A DNA stretch of 64,000 bases, from the NCBI GenBank assembly GCA_951813565.1, contig OX638351.1, positions 3,776,001 through 3,840,000 on the forward strand, written 5' to 3'. Shown in pieces: positions 59,401-64,000 of the stretch (its first letter is position 1; each line of letters begins with the position of its first letter). The notes below the pieces were generated by a model. The model did no database searches, had not been told where the DNA came from, and worked only from the letters and a program-made list of their open reading frames with translations. A program made the position numbers and the translations under genes. This DNA is from an uncultured Poribacteria bacterium. GTDB lineage: Bacteria; Poribacteria; WGA-4E; WGA-3G.

Positions 59401-62239
59401 AGTTGAAAATGGTTCCATGTTTGCATACGATCTTGATAGTCCAGGTTCCGAATTTTCCAAATCTATTATGGTTCGCGGTGCAGAAGAGAATAATCTTAAA
59501 AGCATTGATATTGAAATTCCGCATCAGAGATTAACTGCCTTTACTGGTGTTAGCGGGTCTGGCAAAACATCGCTTGCGCTTGACACAATTTACGCTGAAG
59601 GGCAACGTCGTTATATTGAAACACTTAGCACTTACGCACGCCAATTTATAGGCACGATGGAGAAACCGAAAGTCTCAAAGATTGAGGGATTGTCTCCAGC
59701 AATCGCTATTTCGCACTCCAGTCCCAGTCAAAACCCGCGTTCTACAGTGGCAACAATTACCGAAATCCACGACGGTTTACGCACACTTTATGCAAGATGG
59801 GGACAGCCACATTGTCCCGAATGCAAAACAGAGGTCCGCCCACAGACCGCGCAGGAAATAGTGGAACATGTTTTCCAACTTGTATCGGAAAAAAGAGTGG
59901 ATATCTTGTCTCCACTTACAAACTTTCGTATTCGAAACATCCAGAAAATCGCTGATAACGTTTCTCGAATGACTGAATCTGAAGTGGTAATAGGAGCTGA
60001 ACGCACACCCGGCTTGAAAGGAAACGAGGACTACGCTGACGCGTTTCGTAGGTTGCAAAGAACAGGTTTCGCGCGCGTGCAAATTGATGGTGAGATTTAC
60101 CGACTCGATGAAGCACCGGAAATTCATAAACGTCGCCGCCATGAAGTTTTCCTCGTCATAGATCGTATTCAGCTTGCTGATGATGAAAAGAGTCGTTTTA
60201 CGGAAGCGGTTGAATTAGCACTCATAGAGAGCGAAGGCTTTGTTATTGTAGAGGAGAAGAAAGACCAAGAAGATACTCACAGATACTTCTTTAGTGAGCA
60301 TGCTATGTGTTCAAAATGTGGTCGGAATTTCCCGCAGCTAACGCCTCGGCACTTCTCCTTTAATAATAGATTGGGAGCATGCAGTTCATGTGAAGGGATC
60401 GGTAGGTCACTTTCGGGCACCCAGGAAATCTGTGAAACCTGTAATGGGACACGGTTAGACGAATTTCCTCGTAACGTCAAGTTCTCTGAAGCAACTATTG
60501 CTGAGTTGATGGCAATGCCGATTTCGGAGATTATCAAATTTTTTACTATACGGGTGGAAGCGATTGAGAAACACCTTTCAACAACTGCTGGTGCGCAAGC
60601 AGCAAAAGCAGCCAGAGATCAGGTGAAAGACGTATCAACCTCAAGGGCAACACACACGACGCTTCACACACATACTTCACCTGAGTTTGAGGCACAACTG
60701 CTCCGGCAAATTCAGATACGCCTCAAGTTTTTGGAGGACATCGGGCTCGGTTATCTTGGTTTGGACCGACCTGCACCAACACTTTCTGGTGGAGAAATCC
60801 GTAGAATCCGCCTTGCGAGTCAGCTTGGTACCGGTCTAACTGGCGTAACTTATATCCTTGATGAACCGAGTATTGGACTACACCCTCGCGACCAAGAACG
60901 GTTGATTTTAGCGATGAAGGATTTACGCGATATTGGCAATAGTGTCCTTGTTGTTGAGCATGATAGAGATACGATTTTATCTGCAGACCATATCATTGAT
61001 TTTGGTCCGAAAGCGGGTAAGCAAGGGGGCGAAATAGTCGCCACTGGTTCACCTATAGCCTTTACAGATTCGGAACCTATTACCCTCTCTTCTGCAACAC
61101 CAGCAAACACTAATGGTGATTCAGGTGGAGCAGCGTCTGCACTTCAGGGTAAAGGATTGACACAAGCGTATCTCTCCGATGAAATGCAAATTCGCGTTCC
61201 AGCTGTGCGGCGTAAAGGGTCAGGGAAATGGCTGAAGTTGATTGGTGCTAAGACAAACAATCTTAAAAATATTGACATAAAAATTCCGTATGGAACGTTT
61301 ACCTGTGTTACAGGTGTTTCAGGATGTGGTAAGAGTTCACTTATTGAAGGCACGTTACGTCCCGCTTTGGATGCCCGACGTTCTATCAGAAAGGGAAACG
61401 AACAAGCAGAAACTCCTTATGGAACCGCAGTGTACGATAGCATTCAAGGAACGAGTGCAATCGAACGGCTTATCCACATTGATCAGAAACCGATTGGTGA
61501 AACACCCCGATCCAACCCTGCGACTTATACCGATCTGTTCACCAAAATCCGCGAAATGTTTGCTGAGCTGCCGGATGCCAAACTCCGCGGATTTAACCGA
61601 GGGAGATTTAGTTTTAATCTCTCCTACGGACAGTGCGAAGTGTGTGATGGACAACGTTTTAATCGTGTAGAAATGCACTTCCTTCCTGACGTATGGATAC
61701 CGTGCGAAAACTGTAACAGCACAGGTTATAATGCTGAAACGCTTGAAGTGCGTTACAAGGGCAAAAACATTGCAGAGGTATTACAGATGACCGTGCAGGA
61801 AGCACTTGAGTTATTTAGTAACATCAATCGGATTAAACGACCACTCCAAACTTTAGCAGATGTTGGTTTAGATTATATCCAATTGGGACAAGCTGCGACC
61901 ACATTATCTGGAGGTGAAGCGCAGCGCGTTAAACTTGCGAAGGAGCTTGCCCGCCGCCAATCCGGTACAACCCTCTATATTATGGACGAGCCGACAACAG
62001 GCTTGCACTTTGATGATGTCCAAAAACTACTCAATGTGCTGAATAAACTCGTTGATGCAGGCAATACAATTGTCGCTATAGAACACAATATAGATGTTAT
62101 TAAATCTGCTGATTGGGTTATTGATTTAGGTCCTGAGGGCAGTGAAGGTGGCGGCAATCTTGTTGCGATGGGCACCCCCGAAGAAGTTGCTGAAGTAGAG
62201 GAATCGCATACTGCGCGTTTTCTACGTCAAGTGTTGTAA
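56486..62239 (+). CDS. uvrA: Double-length excinuclease ABC subunit A
   Basis: Two tandem UvrA modules with four Walker A and four LSGGE motifs. Confidence 0.95.
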   Translation: MADASIDIHGAREHNLKNIDIQLPKDKLIVFTGVSGSGKSSLAIDTLYAEGQRRYIESLSAYARQFLGQLGKAEVDKIIGLSPSIAINQGSTGHNPRSTVATVTEIYDYLRVLFARAGEFHCLECGQQVGSQTIADIVSRILSFPPRTRLMILAPIVRGRRGEYRKELSDARKMGFVRARIDGEVHEISSNIALNPNQTHNIDIVVDRIIIKENIHSRVADAVETALSLGDDSLIVNVVSSESNTSRKASEGEDLLFSRQYACANCQISYDVPEPRHFSYNSPYGMCEQCRGLGVQMAISPKLIIADETLPILEGAIILWKKPGHEERMVAQSLASHLKFKLKTPWKDLKPEQQHAVLYGTGDNVLTFRQPAKDSRRRGRRFRGRFQGLIPAHEQRFLSLDVDEEGDSHLPDYFVKMECRECSGTRLQQGVKAITIANINITDVLNMSIQDATSFFNTLELPDREAFIASELLKEIRSRLGFLMDVGLGYLTLSRSAPTLSGGEAQRIRLASQVGAGLRDVTYVLDEPSIGLHPRDHAGLLKTLMNLRNQGNTVIVVEHDEATMLVADWIVDFGPGAGIRGGEITGMGTPQQLIEGNDSLTAQYLRGEKEIVHPEVRRATGEKWVQICNARQNNLKEISPKIPVGTLCCVTGVSGSGKSSLIHDILYSALARDLMKAKTVPGDYDNIQGIIEDETVPVSDVIDKIINIDMAPIGRTPRSNPATYTKVFDAIRAFYTNLPDAKLRGYKAGRFSFNVPGGRCEACSGNGAKKVDMGLLADVWVECDVCNGKRYNNETLTIKYKEKNISDVLEMDVEAALTHFADLPKIARGLQLLHDVGLDYLKLGQPAPTLSGGEAQRIKLSKELSKRSTGKTLYILDEPTTGLHFDDVNKLLTILHRLVDEGNTVVVVEHNLEVINSADYLIDLGPEGGVGGGTVVAVGTPEEVADMPESYTGKALCGEYELWKTKDTEQKIVENGSMFAYDLDSPGSEFSKSIMVRGAEENNLKSIDIEIPHQRLTAFTGVSGSGKTSLALDTIYAEGQRRYIETLSTYARQFIGTMEKPKVSKIEGLSPAIAISHSSPSQNPRSTVATITEIHDGLRTLYARWGQPHCPECKTEVRPQTAQEIVEHVFQLVSEKRVDILSPLTNFRIRNIQKIADNVSRMTESEVVIGAERTPGLKGNEDYADAFRRLQRTGFARVQIDGEIYRLDEAPEIHKRRRHEVFLVIDRIQLADDEKSRFTEAVELALIESEGFVIVEEKKDQEDTHRYFFSEHAMCSKCGRNFPQLTPRHFSFNNRLGACSSCEGIGRSLSGTQEICETCNGTRLDEFPRNVKFSEATIAELMAMPISEIIKFFTIRVEAIEKHLSTTAGAQAAKAARDQVKDVSTSRATHTTLHTHTSPEFEAQLLRQIQIRLKFLEDIGLGYLGLDRPAPTLSGGEIRRIRLASQLGTGLTGVTYILDEPSIGLHPRDQERLILAMKDLRDIGNSVLVVEHDRDTILSADHIIDFGPKAGKQGGEIVATGSPIAFTDSEPITLSSATPANTNGDSGGAASALQGKGLTQAYLSDEMQIRVPAVRRKGSGKWLKLIGAKTNNLKNIDIKIPYGTFTCVTGVSGCGKSSLIEGTLRPALDARRSIRKGNEQAETPYGTAVYDSIQGTSAIERLIHIDQKPIGETPRSNPATYTDLFTKIREMFAELPDAKLRGFNRGRFSFNLSYGQCEVCDGQRFNRVEMHFLPDVWIPCENCNSTGYNAETLEVRYKGKNIAEVLQMTVQEALELFSNINRIKRPLQTLADVGLDYIQLGQAATTLSGGEAQRVKLAKELARRQSGTTLYIMDEPTTGLHFDDVQKLLNVLNKLVDAGNTIVAIEHNIDVIKSADWVIDLGPEGSEGGGNLVAMGTPEEVAEVEESHTARFLRQVL

Positions 62240-62463
62240 TGTAGTCTAAATCAATTGCCTCTCCGCATTTTTTTATAACCATTCAATTTGTTCCCAATTT
62301 CACTAAACATAGACGCGAATGTTCTCGCGCATTGACTTTGTCCGCTTTATTTTTCCTAAATTCATTAGAACCGAAAACTTCGCAGCCTTCCAAATTTCCA
62401 CTTGACAAATCCTACAATACATGGAATTATAATACTATATCTATCTGAGAACATAGTATCCAC

Positions 62464-63351
62464 ATGCAAATTCCAAACTATTATCAGATCTTAGAGATTG
62501 GTCGAAATGCGACTGCGTCCGAAATAAAACAAGCATTCCGCAAACTTGCCAAAAGATACCACCCCGATAAACTTCATATTAACTTTGGACCGGATGAGGT
62601 GGCACATGCCAAACAGATGTTCCGTGAAGTTTGTAACGCTTACGATGTGCTACAGGACCAAAAACGCAAATCTGACTATGACCGTATATTACAGAACATT
62701 GAACGCAAGCAGCTATCATATAGATCGTATTTTGACAGACTCAATAGACTCAATCACGACTCCGCAAAATTGGAATTGCTGTTTCAAGCACTGCTGCATC
62801 AAAATTACGAAACAGGTATTTCCATTTATGAACAACTGTGTCAAAGGTGTGAAAAGAAGGGAACAAAATGGTGTATTGACGATTTTTTCAACTATGAGGA
62901 CAGTCGGGATTGCGAATTTCTTATTGCCGAAGCGTATCAGAATCTCGGATTTTCCAACGGCGATGTTTCTGTTTCAGAGAGACACCGAAAAATAGAATTG
63001 GCAATGCAAATTTATGAGTCTCTATTATCCGCAGAAGGACAACGGCCCTGTTTCAAGCACTTTATTAAAGAGGTAAAAGAACGTCTCAAAAGAATCTATC
63101 TTTATCACTTTAGTGTTGAAGGATACGAGCAGATGACCCAGATTTCATTAACGAAAATCCAGGCATTAAAACTTCCGAAGCGGGAAACGGCATGGATGTA
63201 TAAAAAGATAGCAGAATTCTACGTTGAAATTAATCTATTTCCTGAAGCACGAAAGGTTTTACTTATGGCGTTTGAACTGCAACCAAATCTTGCTGGTGCT
63301 AAGAAGATATGTAGGACTTTAAATATGGGAAACGAGAAGATGATTTCTTAG
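62464..63351 (+). CDS. J-domain protein with a TPR-like C-terminus
   Basis: NYYQIL...YHPDK...AYDVLQD motif. Confidence 0.88.
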   Translation: MQIPNYYQILEIGRNATASEIKQAFRKLAKRYHPDKLHINFGPDEVAHAKQMFREVCNAYDVLQDQKRKSDYDRILQNIERKQLSYRSYFDRLNRLNHDSAKLELLFQALLHQNYETGISIYEQLCQRCEKKGTKWCIDDFFNYEDSRDCEFLIAEAYQNLGFSNGDVSVSERHRKIELAMQIYESLLSAEGQRPCFKHFIKEVKERLKRIYLYHFSVEGYEQMTQISLTKIQALKLPKRETAWMYKKIAEFYVEINLFPEARKVLLMAFELQPNLAGAKKICRTLNMGNEKMIS

Positions 63352-63379
63352 ATTGAAAGTTGCACTGACAGGGAAAACT

Positions 63380-63577
63380 ATGCCTAATCTTTTTATAGAA
63401 TACCTTCTGGTACCAACACTAATTTTTGCTCTGGGCATTGTTTCATCAATCGTAATTTGGATTTATGCCTACCGTATAGGCGTTAGATGGTCTTGTCCGA
63501 ATTGTGCGCAAAGACAAACGGGATGGTCAACGCAGTGTCCGAGGTGCGGTGTTGTTTTCAAGGAATGGGAAGAATAG
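63380..63577 (+). CDS. Small membrane protein with a zinc ribbon
   Basis: One TM followed by CPNC...CPRC. Confidence 0.55.
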   Translation: MPNLFIEYLLVPTLIFALGIVSSIVIWIYAYRIGVRWSCPNCAQRQTGWSTQCPRCGVVFKEWEE

Positions 63578-63616
63578 AATAGCAATCTGAATCGTCCACA
63601 TATTAAGGAAATCCTA

Positions 63617-64000
63617 ATGCGAAAAGAGGTACGTTGGGAACGGATGTTCCCTGATGAATTAGAAGCTGCTTTTGCGGCATGTCCCAGCGTTTATTTTACT
63701 TATGGGTTGTGCGAACCGCACGGCCCACAGAATACCGTTGGGTTAGATTCACTCAAAGCACATGCAATCGCCTGTCGTGCAGCACAAAAGCACGGCGGCA
63801 TTGTCGCGCCTCCCGATTATTGGCATATCCATGAACACGGGATGTATGCCAACTGGGCACAACAGAATGTCGGTGAAGTGCGGAGTTGGCTTACCGCTAT
63901 GCCCGCATGGCAGCATTTCAAAAATGTGTGCTATCACGTCCGTGCTGCTGATGCGCTCGGATTCCACGCTGCTATCTTCCTCACGGGTCATTACGGACCT
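63617..64000 (+). CDS. Creatininase family protein (runs off the window end)
   Basis: Manual translation gives MRKEVRWERMFPDELE...GLCEPHGPQNTVGLD...FLTGHYGP. Confidence 0.85.
   Translation, partial: MRKEVRWERMFPDELEAAFAACPSVYFTYGLCEPHGPQNTVGLDSLKAHAIACRAAQKHGGIVAPPDYWHIHEHGMYANWAQQNVGEVRSWLTAMPAWQHFKNVCYHVRAADALGFHAAIFLTGHYGP

Noticed and set aside
62402..62433. TTGACA...TATAAT promoter for the J-domain gene
   Set aside because: The spacer is 20 bp, too long to call with confidence.

Overview
This is a 64 kb AT-leaning bacterial chromosomal window. Its gene content suggests a sponge-symbiont lineage such as Candidatus Poribacteria (inference only): LRR-dockerin proteins, ECF sigma fusions, PhyH, Uma2, WD40 and sulfatases. 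Housekeeping genes are trpD, aroK, aroB, a family-4 UDG, rsmD, tatD, era and a double-length uvrA; the rest is mostly sugar and sulfate catabolic enzymes. The standout is one uninterrupted ~1430-aa ORF (42111-46403) fusing an ECF sigma factor, an FtsZ GTPase core and a C-terminally truncated DnaE with intact catalytic motifs; an internal SD+ATG sits at the sigma/FtsZ junction. Also notable are a BlaI/BlaR1-type system whose sensor ends in a thioredoxin and is followed by a secreted paralog, with two operator palindromes over its promoter; a four-gene membrane-protein operon of unknown function; and an intact TnpB element. The intergenic DNA holds layered MITEs, GTAG-type REPs and a ~33-nt hairpin unit ending in CGTTGATT that sits inside REPs. 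No rRNA, tRNA or CRISPR array was recognised. All calls come from motif reading without database searches.
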